Shown piece after piece: positions 12,684 through 24,954 of a DNA stretch of 64,000 bases. Origin of the DNA: Orbicella franksi (lineage: Eukaryota); the NCBI GenBank assembly GCA_964199315.1, contig OZ116710.1:17546001-17610000 (forward strand). The letters are read 5' to 3'. A program made the position numbers and the translations under genes. Each line of letters opens with the position of its first letter. Position 1 is the stretch's first letter. The notes under the pieces were generated by a model. It was given only the letters and a program-made list of their open reading frames with translations, was not told where the DNA came from and did no database searches.

Positions 12684-13309
12684 TAGGGGTGGCGAACGGT
12701 AAATGCTAGACTTTGCGAGACGGCGAGACAAGCGTTTTTCGTTGCGAGCCCGAGATGTTTTGACATTTAAGATTGCGAGACCGAGACTTCAAAGTGTTTT
12801 GAGTGCGGGCGCGAGACGTTCAGACTCTTAAACTTTGAGCCCCAGATTTAGTTGAGAGCAAGAATGAGCTTGTACAGCCTTACGCCAGCTTCTTGGAACT
12901 GACTGGAACTGGAAATTCGATTATAACGCACTACGTTATGATATCCTAGACAAAAGTGACTGTTTTTCTGGCGCCAAAGCGGACGTTGCGGTAGGTTTTG
13001 TACCTTTTTGTGGAAGTAAGGTAATTAGGAGAAGTTAGGATTAACTTTTTCTCGGAAAATTTGTAAGCTGCTCCATTGAAACTCCATATCAAGTGAAGAG
13101 AAGACGTCATTTATAAAAACAGATAAATGAACGATTTGGGACTTCGAGACCCTTAGCCTTGCGAAAAATCGAGACTCAGAGACAGCTTCCTAGAAAAAAC
13201 GAGACTGCGAGACGCACATAACCGCTAAAAAACGAGACTGCGAGATCCGTGAAATTCGACTAAAATTTTATGAGGCCCAGAGCTTTTGAAGGACCATTCG
13301 CCACTCCTG
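12684..13309. mobile_element. hAT-like MITE
   Basis: TIRs TAGGGGTGGCGAACGGT / ACCATTCGCCACTCCTG and many subterminal GCGAGAC repeats. No TSD is preserved. Confidence 0.6.
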
Positions 13310-14652
13310 AAATAAACCCCCTGTTTCTTTATGGAAATCACTACCTAACTTGAAAAAGAAATTACCCACTTCCTTTATCACAAATTAAACGAGATTTAGA
13401 GATCAGACCTCTTTAGGGATGGGCTTTTAACTGATATGATTTTTGTTGTGGGGAAATCAGGTTGTGGTCTATGAGAGAGCGCTTAAACTTGCGAAATCGA
13501 ACAAGAGATTGCGTGACGGACCGTGACAGACAGATCTATTATTTCCGCCCAAACTCAGTGAAAAAGCTCTTTGAAAATATAGTGGTTATTCTTGTTGATG
13601 TTGAGTCTTGCTATTTACATGTACTACTGTTTTTAAAATTACAGCGTTTATTGGCATGCTTGTTTTATCAAAGCTTCCATAACTTCTGAAATATGTTTAC
13701 GTGCTTAGCAGGCTGTACTTGCAATTATCGTTTCTGACTTGCAAAATCCAAGTTGTAGGTATGGATGGGAGATTCACTCGATCCTTCCATCGACCCTTCT
13801 TTCGCTCCTTCCGCCGCTTTCTCATAGACATTCCGCCATCGAATCCGCACGAACGTGTCTATGTACAGAAGTTTATTACATAATGGTGCATTTTGAGAAG
13901 GTGTTCGCTTAATACAGGTTTGAATGTACTCGAGTTACACTTCTATCGACGATCAATTTACACGACAAGTTTCTCTCTATTCACTTTAAAATGGCAAGGA
14001 GAGTCACTGTAAGTAAATTCGAACGAGTGTTTGATCTGTGAGAGTTGTTTGGTGTTGTTTCTGGCTGGGCTCTGTAATGGCGCGTAATGTGTTTATTTCG
14101 GCATACAATTTTAACTAAAATATAGTCAGTTTCAGTGGAGTTTACCTCTTCGTTGGTGTATTTAAGAGAATTTCTGTGGAATGCACTTGACGAGTTTTCG
14201 TGCTTTCTGCTATTCAATTTACGGTATAAATGTCTGATTTCAAGCGATTCGCAACGACTGGCAGAAATTGTTTTTGCAGTACGACTTTTAACTTTTCACA
14301 AAATTTCAGAGCGGGAAAACAATTTTGTAGAACATAAGCGGTGAGCTAAACGCAATAAATATTAATTTTTAAGAAAAGTATCTGTTATTCAATACATGCT
14401 TTTGTGTCTAACCATTGCGAAGATTTTTGTGAGATTATGCAATATTATTGCACAATCTCATATAGTTATCGGCTCAGTTGAAGGTTTGAGGATTTTATGA
14501 AATCTGAAAATCTCTCCCTGATGAGAGTTAATAATTAATGAAGATAGTGAAAACAAAGCGGCAGACAAGATGATATTTGAGATAAACTGCCTTTGCTTCT
14601 AGTCAAATCCCTTCTAAACGGGTCAAACAGACCCAGGAACACAGGTAAATAA

Positions 14653-15428
14653 AGGTCCGGTAATACGGGCAACATTTTTCTTCAACTTGTCTCGCAACAT
14701 TGTTGCATTACAAGTTGAAACCCTCTGTTGCGCGTATTACCACGTTTGTGACCAACTTGTCTCGCAACATAATACAGTGTTGCAAGTCTGCGGAATTCTA
14801 CACGTATGATTGGTCAATCGTGTGTAAATAAAAATGGTTCCTTCTTTCATAATTAAGCGTTTCGACGAACTTGCACTTCTAGTTCTGGGCGTCATTTTCT
14901 TCTTAATTTTCCGCGCCAGCCAAGTTCTCTTAGAGTAAAGCTCAGTGTCGTTTCAGATAGCTAGGCGAACAGTTGTATGTTTGCGACAGTGCTTCCAAGC
15001 CTTTTGCCCCTTTTGCCGCTTGTTTTGGAGGGACAAACGAGGTGTCCCAAAGACTATGTTAGCCCTCGAGGTCTTTGTACAGGGCAAATTTATGACTTTG
15101 CGAGAGTTACTGGCCTACTTCGAATTGACGCTCGTCTTCACCGTCCGCCATGATTGTTTTGTTTGCCGCGTTGCCGCGCTTTCCGACAGCCAATCACAAG
15201 CGTTGAATTCAAATTTGTTGCGAGACAAGTTGTAGCTTCAGTGGTAATACGAGCAGCAAAACTGAACTTTGTCCGGTTGCGGAAAGCAGAACTCGAGTCT
15301 ACTTTGCGCAACATGTTGCCTCAACTTGCAACACCGTGTTTTGCTGCGAGACAAGTTGGTCACAAACTTGCAATGCAACAATGGTGCGAGACAAGTTGAA
15401 GAAAAATGTTGCCCGTATTACTGGACCT
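14653..15428. mobile_element. PIF/Harbinger-like MITE
   Basis: TAA|AGGTCCGGTAATACGGGCAACATTTTTCTTCAACTTGTCTCGCA ... near-perfect inverse ...GGACCT|TAA, with a 3-bp TAA TSD. Confidence 0.8.
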
Positions 15429-15882
15429 TAACAGTGCTTTTATTTTGTTAATGATTATGTTATTGCTTTAGCTTTAAAGCTGCCCACGAACCAAAAATTA
15501 AGCTTGTTCTTTTGTTTTTTTAAGTGGTAATGCATTGGTGATCTCAAACCCTTTGGTGTGCGATTTTGTGTTTTTCACGCTACGGTGTTCGGTAAAATAA
15601 AGTTATCTGCGGTGCTGTGGTTTCTTGTTTGACCTTTCTCAGACCTAACTTCAGCATCCAAACTTCGTTAATATGTGCTAATCTATGACAAGCACACTGT
15701 CTAGTTAAACTTCGATATGCTTCAGCTGCCAGTCCGAAGCTGTTTTCATTAACACATAACTTGACAAGTAACTTTACCTCTGCCACGATGCACTTGGAGC
15801 TGGACCGAATTTATTATTGCTGCGTAGCATTTTCGATTTACCCTGCAATCAACCATGATTTAGGTCGGTAACCAAGGTTGAG

Positions 15883-18800
15883 ATGACAGATATACCGAGT
15901 CCACTTGCGGTCGCATGGTATCTCGAACCCCGTGGTGTCCAGATTGCTTCAATCTCAATTGGTCGCGTTTTCGACAAAGTTTATTTTCATGGTCTACTAC
16001 TCAAATCCGGTTTAATTATCTGCTCTCGTCGTTCGACTTCTCTCGGGGTTGCTATATTGAAGCAAGTGAAACGAAGAACACACGCGGTTGTCTTGCCGTT
16101 CGATGCAAACGTCCAAATCAGCACTTATTTCGCCCTATGCTGTGATGTCTCGTCAAATCCTGGCCCAGTGGAAAGACAGACGCTACTCAGAACTACTACC
16201 CAGAACATTACTCATGGCAAACGCTCAAGCATGATTGTTCACATCAATACCAGAAGTATACTAAAGCACATGGATGAATTAAGGTTGGTTTTGGTGATGT
16301 TTATCCTTCAATTATCGCAACAACGGAGACCTGGCTGGACGATTCTGTCGCGGACTCTGAAATCTCAATTCTTAACTAATCGTTAGAACGTCTAGACCGA
16401 AGCACAAATCGACGAGGAGGAGGAGTAGCGTTTTATTTACTGGATGGTTTGAAATATAGTCGTCGAAGACTCTTAGAGGCAGAGTCGGAAGCAATTTGGA
16501 TTCAAGCTAAATTATGCAACACTAATTTCTTAATTGGATGCATCTACAGAGCCCCAAACGAATCTCTGGAGGTTTTCAACTACATGGATGATGCGTTGAG
16601 ATATGCTACACGAAATAACCTCGAAGTCATTATCCTAGGTGATTTAAACTGCGATTGCCTTAACACCTCTCTTCAACAAACAACAAGGTTACAGGAATTT
16701 ATGGCCAACGAACTAGCACAGTTGATAAAAGAGCCTTACCGTGTAACACGCAGCACAAAAAGTCTTATTGATGTACTCATCACCTCCACACCCAATTTGT
16801 TTAAAGCTTCCGGCGCTCTGAGCACAACCGTCAGTGACCATTATCCCATTTATGGAATAATGAAATGCCCCGCGGCCCGTCCAACAAAACATCGAATTAT
16901 TAAAACGCAATCATGGAAGGAAAGCAGTATGAAAGACTTTCTCTCTGAATTGGAAAAAAAAACCCTGGAGTTTTCTAGATTGTTTTGACGACATCGACGA
17001 CACGTATTCTGCCTGGGAATCCTTATTCAAGTCTCTTATTGATAGTCACTTCCCTACAAAACTAAAGCGAGTACGAAAACAGACACACCCGTAGCTTGAT
17101 AGTTCTGTTCTTCGACTTATGAGGCAAAGAGATCAGCTACACAAAAAGGCAATTAAACATGGACTGTCCACAGATTGGAATGAGTTCAAACGCCTCCGTA
17201 ACATGGTAACGAGCATTAACAGGAAAAGAAGAAAGAATTTCTTTGCTTACAAACTTGAAGAGAACCGTGGAAATCCAAAAGCGTATTGGAGAACATTGAG
17301 GCAAATTCTACCATCTAAAAGCAAAATATCTGGAACCGAAAAGTTGGTTGTTGACGAAATAGAACTGAATGATGGGCTCGACATAGCCAACTCCTTCAAC
17401 GAATATTTTACAGCGTAGCCTCTACGCTGCTTGAGAACAGACCATCACCTGGCATACAACAACCAGTACCCCAGTCCCAGACTCCATCTAAGATTTTCAG
17501 CCTACCTATTATCAACGAGTGGGACATGTTTAAAGCATTGAGTACTACGAATCACACAAAGGCAACTGGTACAGACAACATTCCAGCCAAAGCTTTGAAG
17601 ATTGCCGCTCCGCATATCAGTATAGTTCTAGCCAAGATCTTCAACCTATCATACAGCACTGGTCACTTCCCCTCCTCTTTTAAAGTGGCTAAAGTAACAC
17701 CTATTTTCAAGGGTGGCTGTAAAACAGAACGCGACAATTACAGATCTATATCAGTGCTTCCGTGCATCTCGAAGATCTTTGAAGCGTTTACGAACAATGC
17801 TCTAACAAACTTTGCACTCGAAGCTGGAATGATAAAACAACATCAGTTTGCCTTTATGAAACACTCGTCAACAACAATCGCCCTCATTAAAGCGGTAGAT
17901 TCATGGAAAATGGCAATTGACAATACCAAGAAAGTTGTATGTGCTTTTCTCGACCTGAGGAAAGCATTTGACACCATTGATCACAACATCCTACTACAGA
18001 AACTTTCAAAACATCTACATGGGAAGGAGTACGAGTGGTTCAGAAGCTACCTATCGGAGAGATCTCAATATGTCAGCTGCAATGGAATTAAGTCTGAACA
18101 GCAACAAATCACCCATGGAGTCCCCCAAGGCTCTGTCTTAGGGCCGACCCTATTTAATATACATATAAACGATATATCCAGTGCTTGTGAAAACAGCCAA
18201 GTCATTCTTTATGCCGATGACACTGAATTTCATGCAAGTTCCAATGATGCTGGTGCTGCTGAACAGTGTGTAACGATGATCTTAATCAAGTAAGCGTTTG
18301 GTTGCGCCGCAACGGTCTCATCAGCAACCATAAAAAGTCCGAGGCCATGCTAGTTGGATCAAGATATTCGGTAGCTAACACTCGTGACTTACAAGTGAAA
18401 CTAGACGGAAAGCTGTTGAAACAAAGTGAACATTGCAAATGTTTAGGTGTATATATGAACAGTTGCCTAACCTGGAATAAGCACATTACGTATATTGCAT
18501 CGAGAGTATGTCCTAAACTCAAAATGTTAAACAGGATCGCGCTCTTTCTTAGCCAAAGAGTTCTACTGAACATTTGTAAACAAACTATATTACCCATCCT
18601 AGATTACGGGTGTATCATATGGGGTGTTTGTGAAAAAAGTAATTCATGACGATTAGAGAGATTACAGAATCAGGCCATGCGTATTATTCTTGCTCCGAAT
18701 CGCAGAACGTGCTCAAAGGATATGCGTAACAGGCTATATCTGTTATCCTTAGATAGTAAGGCGGTGGTTTTTGAAGCTACAATTAGCGTTTAAGATCGTA

Positions 18801-19330
18801 CACAATGTTCACTGTCCGCACCAGTTAGAGGGATATCTTGTTAAGAGGTCTGATCTACATGGAAGAATACTTAAAGACTCAACACTTTTAAACGTCACAC
18901 CATCTAAGACGAAAATGGGTCAGTCTACTTTCAAGTGTGACGCTGCACGAGAATGGAACGGATTACCAAGAGAGATCAGAGAATTAAACACTCTTTCTAA
19001 GTTTAAAACACATATTTTTAAGCATTTTATGGATCAAGACCGTATCAATCATGTATGTACCGTAAATTAGGTTCAAATTTTTGCTTGTCTGTTTGTTGTT
19101 GCTGCTCTTCTTTTTAAATGCTTGTTTTTATATAATCTCCACAATGGTTGTAATTGTTAATGTAAACGTTTACTATATATATCTTCTTGTTTTTTTTGTT
19201 TTAAAGTACAATTTTATGAATAGCAGTATTGTATATGTAAATGCTGATCGCCAGTTAATACCAGTGATCCAGTGATCACTGACTGGCCTTTCAGGTTAAA
19301 TAAAGTCTTTTATTTTATTGATTTATTGAT
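15883..19330 (+). mobile_element. Decayed APE-type non-LTR retrotransposon (CR1/L2-group LINE), left copy
   Basis: Endonuclease motifs (HINTRS, ETWL, IYRAP, LGDLNCD, SDHYPI) and RT motifs (FLDLRKAFDTIDH, GVPQGSVLGP, YADDT). The 3' end reads GGTTAAATAAAG plus a TTTA-rich tail. Multiple frameshifts and stops; 5' boundary uncertain. Confidence 0.93.
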
Positions 19331-19568
19331 TTACGTTTTCGTACAAAATATTCGAACGTACAAAGCAAAGCAAAGCACTTTTCAAGCCTAAACTTTTGGC
19401 CCAGAAATCTAGTATTGCCATTTTCCGCCGAACCAAAAACCACACAGCGATGACGAGTTCAAAATTGACTACTAACGGCCGGGGTTTGAGCAAATTTAGA
19501 TTGTACATTTTCCCGCTAATTTTCGATTTTGCTTGATTCTTGCTGACACTCACTCTTAACGCATCTTA

Positions 19569-19995
19569 TACCCGGGTCTAATGCCATACTTTACATGAGC
19601 CGAACCCAATTTAACCTATTAGGTTCATGTCAAGTTCCGCGTTTGACCCAGTTAAGTTCGACTGATTCTATTTGGAGCCGCTGAGGCGTTCTTCACGCCT
19701 GGCCAGCCGTGAATAACGCCTGAAGACCTACTTTGGGTCAAACGCCGATCTTCACATGAGTCGAACCAAACGCATAATCAAAGGTCTAGGTCTAAAGGTG
19801 TCATTTTAAACTTTACCTTGAAAAACCACTGACCAATTGCAACAAGACCGCTTTTGTTATTTGTTTGGTGTAGCAGTTTTGTTCGACTGAATTAAGTTCA
19901 ACGTTTGACTCAAACAGGCGTTCTTACAATTATTTGAGTCGACCCAAACTGTCATTAGGTTCGGCTCGTGTGAAGTACGGCGTTTGACCCGGGCC
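19569..19995. mobile_element. PIF/Harbinger-like MITE
   Basis: ~36-bp imperfect TIRs (CCCGGGTCTAATGCCATACTTTACATGAGCCGAACC and its inverse), flanked by TTA/TAA, with an internal copy of the TIR motif. Confidence 0.75.
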
Positions 19996-20212
19996 TAACA
20001 GTATCCACCAGACAGTCTTTTTTAACATTTTTTCCCCAAATGTCGTATTTCCAATCTGTCAGAAGAATGTTGAAATTTGAGAAACAAAATTTTATAATAC
20101 CTGCCTTCTCCTAAAAAAGCGGTCCAAATAAAGCTAAGAAAAAGAGAAGGCAGAATACATCCAGGACCTTCTTGTCATGGAGATTAACACGGGAAAGCCT
20201 AAGTTCTAAGTT

Positions 20213-22519
20213 CTAGCTTGTTGGCGCGATGCCTATTATTAAGTTTGCGTCGCTTGATTATTGGCGCTGCATGTTTATCAGCCGCGACTTAATTGTCACC
20301 TGATTTCTTCAAAAATAGTTATTTTCCTAAACGGCTTAGGCAAACTTCCTCGTTATTGTTCAAATGGCTTGAAAATTTATAAGTAATAAGAAGGCAGGAG
20401 ATAATTCAAATTTAGTAACGAAAATCGAGAATTCTCCCCTAGCACAGGTGAATCCTCCCATTCAAACGGAGCAATGGAAAGAGCTTCCGATGAAATCTCA
20501 TGAGAAGAATTTATCACATACTGACATAAGATTGAGGTTTACTGTACATAACTTAACAATATATTAGTGAACAAAATACCTCAAAATTAAGAGTGATTGT
20601 TCATGTCGGTTGTAGTACAATGTTTGAGTTTCGTAATCGTTATAAAGGCGACTTTTAACGTACGTTTAAATTTTGGAAAATTGAACGAAAATTTGCAATA
20701 AACATTTCCTGCAGTAACACAGGCGAGTATCTGAGAAGCCAAATAAATGATGAAATCCGTGAAGAGTTCAGTTTTCATGATTAAAATACTGAAATTTTCG
20801 CCCGAATTATAACAGGAAATAACATATTTTGTTCATTATCTCAGCCATTCAAAACAGTTTAATCTTTATAATCTGCCTTAAACCTTTTCCCTTTCTTTAG
20901 AGCAGGTGACTGGAGACAAATGCCATCAACATCACTTATTTTGTTAATCGATGTTTAATTCCGGTGATACAAAAGGAGGGAAGTATGGAAAAGCACATGC
21001 CAAGTCCAGAATTAAAAAGAAATGAAATGGTCAAATTTCAGTACCAAAGATAATAATAAGCTAAAAAGCATTCTGTATTTGTGGGTCACTACTTGGCGAA
21101 AGGTCTCTAAGTCTAAATTAATATCATTATTGTTGTTGTTGTTATCAAAATCATATGAATGAGAGTGTAATTAAGGATTTACAGTACGAGTGATATTTCG
21201 AAAATTCTCAGCCTTTAGGAGAGCGCAATTTAAGAGAATTTTTTAAATATAAATTGAAAATGAAAATCGTAACCATTCAATAAATACAGCCAAGAAAAAT
21301 TACAACAAAAATTGTTTGGAAAGGAAAAAATATACGGCTAAAAGCGTGTATAATTCCGGTCTGATATGCCTACATCTGGACTGTGAAGAACCCATCTTTA
21401 GAAAATGCTGGTTGAATTTTATCCTGCTTATCAAGATGAAAGGGTTTCCTCGTGCTGGTTTTGAAATAGAAGTACTTAAAGCTAAAGTCAAGTGTTGTTT
21501 AGTAGCTACTGTTGTCATGGTAACCTATTGTGTCACGAAAATGATAACAGCGTTTTCAGCAATGATTAGACAGTGTTTTGATACCATGATTGTAGCATCA
21601 ACTGATGAAGAGTGGTTATAATGACTCATCAAATTATTAGTCTTGGAAAGTGCTGGAAACTGTTTTGAGCTACCTTAAATCCACGCTAAAGTTATAACTG
21701 ACGTGTTGCGCGAGAACGAAGCAATAAATCACGAGAAATACGAAAAGAGGAAACGTTGACACAAAAACGAAATATGTTTCTCCGTCAAACATGTGCCAAG
21801 TCTTCCGTTTTTTCTTTTGTTTTATTATTACTGTTATTTTTTTTTAAAAAAAAACCTGTGTTTGTTTGTAACCTTCAAACATTTCCATCTGCTTTAAGGA
21901 TCAAATAAACAAAATTTAAGTACTTAGTTTAAATAAGTGACTAATTCCTTTGGAATATTATAATTCTTAATCATTTTTTAAGTGACAACTGACAACGAGT
22001 TACCAAAGACTATTTTAGCTCATAAATGCCGTAAATTTTATAAAAGGCTTCTTATCACTTCTTTTCATCAAATTTAACGGTAAAGCTCACAGGAAGCACA
22101 ACAATGGCCCTTGATTTTCCGATTTTTTGCTGTTGTGTCACACCTATTTCGTTAAATGTACACAGCAAGCTTTGACACTAGCTCTGAATCAGTTCGGCCC
22201 AAGTTTTTTGAGGCATAAACTTTTTATGAAGCTGTAGTTTGTTATTTGCGTTCTTAGACCAGGCTGATTCTTATTCAAAACATTCGATAAGGTTATGATT
22301 ACATTGAAATGATTACAAAGGATTTCCTTTTAATGACGACTTTTAATTATGCGGCCAGGACAAAAACGAGGAAGTGACCGCGAGTCGTTGAAAGGAACTC
22401 ATAAAGTCTGTGCATGAAATCCCGCGGTTTCATAATCAATCGCTACTGATAAACGTACAGTTCCAAGTACTGAAACAGTTTGGTAAGAAATCGAGCGAGG
22501 AAACGAAGTCTTAAGCAAC
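20213..22519. repeat. Paralogous copy of the A/B intergenic region upstream of GPCR C1, lacking any type A coding sequence
   Basis: Aligns to 7281-10138 (roughly 80-85% by eye, with indels). Homology begins at CTAG, 2 nt upstream of the type A ATG. Confidence 0.85.
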
Positions 22520-24404
22520 ATGAGTGGTTCTAATAGCGCTTCTAAAAGTTTTGGTCCTAGTTTCACAGCGTCCCAGCCAAGTACCGTCTTTATTGCTTTA
22601 CAAACCGCAGTTCTGAGCCCCACGTTCATAGCAAGCTTCCTCGGTAACATTTCTGTTTGCCTGGTTATTTGTGGCACGCGTTCCCTCCGACAAAGACCAA
22701 GCAGCTCTATTTTGGCCAGCTTAGCAATGTCTGACTTCTCCTTGCTGTCGTTTAATTTCTTCTCTCCCGTTTGATTTGGCTGTACGATTTTGAAGCAGCA
22801 AACAAAGCCTGCGAACATTTTCTACTGCTGTTTGGAGTACTCTTGTACGTCAGCATTGGTCATATTTGTCTTCTCAGTTGCAATCGTTACATTGTTGTCA
22901 TATATCCTCTGAGGTACACTGAAATTGTCACCAGAAGACGCGTTACGTTAACCTTGTTGGTTGCCTGGGTTGTTCCTGTGATTTCCATGGTTGTCATTCC
23001 CCTGTTTTATGTTGACAGTGACAGCACTCAGTTTAAAACAAGCATCATAGGTTGCTCTGAGTTCACAAGCGAACATCTCTTGATGCACAAAGTTCATGTT
23101 TTCAACAGCACCCTGTTCGTGGTAATTCCATTTGTGGTGACGATTTTCGTCTATGGCCATATCGCCAAAATCTCATGGTCTCAGAGCAGCCGAGTTCAGC
23201 CTGGCGAAAACTTGAACCCCAAAACTGCCGACTTAACGAGAAGGAAGCCAAAAGAGATGAAATGGATGAAGACAACAGGTAACTAGAGCCTTATTAACCC
23301 TAATAATACACGTCAAATTAATTTTGCTAGTAATTTGAGTTCATTTTATCAACTTTACTTTAGTCCAGATAGCCATTCATTACTTTTCATCTGAATCACT
23401 TGTAACGTATGTATGGTGATAACACATCACGTTCTTCTAGAATTAACCAAGAGCCCCATGCGTCATCTCCTGTCACATACAAGTAGTTGGAGACCCCGTC
23501 AGTACACTAATCACGTGATACAAACACAATGCACCATTTTAATAACCGAAAAAAGCTGTTGTTACGTGAGCTACAAATTTGGGTTCGATGGTGAGAACAA
23601 GGAAGCATATTTTTTTTCAGATGATCATGAAATATGGCTTGTTTTAACTTTGTCAGTGAATAGCCTGGAAAAATCCTGAAAGAGTCTCTGATTCAAAAGG
23701 AACAAACCCTCAAGTATCGCCCATATACATGCAGCGCCATCTTCAGTGCTTTTTTTTTTTGCGGTTTTGAATGATTAGCATGGTATTCTTTGATAATCAT
23801 TTGAAATTCATTAAGAGTGTGGGCCGAAAAATAACATCTATCAGAATGATCAATTACCAGACAGGTGTGACTTTAAAAAATAGCTACTCAGAATGAGACA
23901 CAATGATATAGACCTCAAATAATTTTGGTCGAGAGTAAGGATTTGTTTTCTTCCAGACTTCCTCGATCCTGACCTAAGTTATATTTTTTAACCTGGTTTT
24001 GGTTTTTGTGTTTGCTTTTTTCAGTTATCGCGATCGGTGCGTTCACCTTGTCCTATCTCCCAGGATTCATCTGTATATTGCTCACGGTAAAACTTGGGCC
24101 CAGTCGAGTCCCCGACGCACTCCGCCATTCCGCCATCGTGTTGACGGCAATAAACAGCGCCCTCAACGCAATTATTTACATGTTCAGATCCAACGAGTTC
24201 AGAATCGCCTTCAAGAAATTATTCAGAGGTAGTTCGATTTCTCCGCTGCCAAGTGAAAGCAAAAAGAAAGCCCTTGCTGCTCGGTCACCTCTGGAAGTTT
24301 CCACGTGCAACCAACATGGTCGTCAGCCTTCATTTCCAACTGTTCCAACTGGAGATGTGAGAGCCTTACGTTGTCGTTTACCGGCAAGCTCCAGCGGTGA
24401 TTAG
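22520..24404 (+). pseudogene. Orphan class A GPCR copy C1, frameshifted and probably chimeric. Exons 22520-23278 and 24025-24404
   Basis: Net +5 nt at ~22754-22767 gives a stop after 84 aa. Also DRY>NRY, NP>NA in TM7, a 1-codon deletion, and a ~50-nt deletion removing the ancestral stop. Confidence 0.88.
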
Positions 24405-24581
24405 TTCTGTCTGCCTGGGTGGTGTTAGAACCAGAGGAAATATTGACCGTGTTCTCCAAAATTCAGTTTCCACTCGAAACTCGACCTCTACATGCATTAA
24501 AATTTTTATTGTCTGGACAATAATTTTATACGTGGCACCCCCTATTGGAATACCGTAGCCACCGTAGCTAGTTAAGTTTAA

Positions 24582-24869
24582 TTAGGAAAAAGCCACAAGA
24601 AAATACGCGCGCTGATTGGTTAAAAAATCGTGTTTCTATAACTCGATGGAAACACAGAATTAGCACGAGCTGTTGAAGTAATAATGGCGCGAGCAAAGAG
24701 AATTCACATTTTGATGATCAACGTAAACACGCTGTTTTTCTTTTTTGTCGTCAAGGTGTTTTCTAAAAGAAATAGAAAACATGTTCTCCATGTTTCTATC
24801 GACTTATAGAAACACTCGTGAAAGTTTGGGAGAATTGGAAAAAACTGTGGAAACAATCGCCTGCAGTTC

Positions 24870-24900
<31 letters not shown>

Positions 24901-24954
24901 TTTCCACTCGTGTTTCTATAACTCGATAGAAACACGGTAAATGTTTGCTATTCC
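24582..24954. mobile_element. ~370-bp MITE-like insertion
   Basis: Absent from the paralogous flank (12361-12380 ttaagtttaaatattaactg). TTAA on both sides and terminal GGAA(A/T)AGC inverted motifs; exact ends are ambiguous by a few nt. Confidence 0.6.

Larger units (their letters stand above)
12416..19555. mobile_element. ~7.1-kb TTAA-flanked DNA transposon shell (Kolobok-like) with nested insertions
   Basis: TTAA|GAGCACATGTC ... GACACTCACTC|TTAA, with ~150-bp imperfect inverted termini sharing gctcaaac, agtagtc, ttgaact and tgtggtt blocks. A paralogous empty site is present at 55142-55168. Confidence 0.7.
1..22950 (+). repeat. Left unit of the ~28.8-kb tandem segmental duplication
   Basis: Colinear match to 28836-~53565 (offset 28835 at the left end, 28807 at GPCR B, 30615 at GPCR C after a 1.74-kb insertion). 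Genes, introns and TEs are all shared. Confidence 0.95.

Noticed and set aside
12700-13260. CRISPR-like or regulatory array of GCGAGAC repeats
   Set aside because: Irregular spacing, short units and location inside TIRs indicate MITE subterminal repeats in a eukaryotic context.
20000-20209. Separate transposon upstream of the orphan promoter
   Set aside because: Better explained as the continuation of the B-gene 3' flank, since it is colinear with the C2 3' flank once the TEs are removed.
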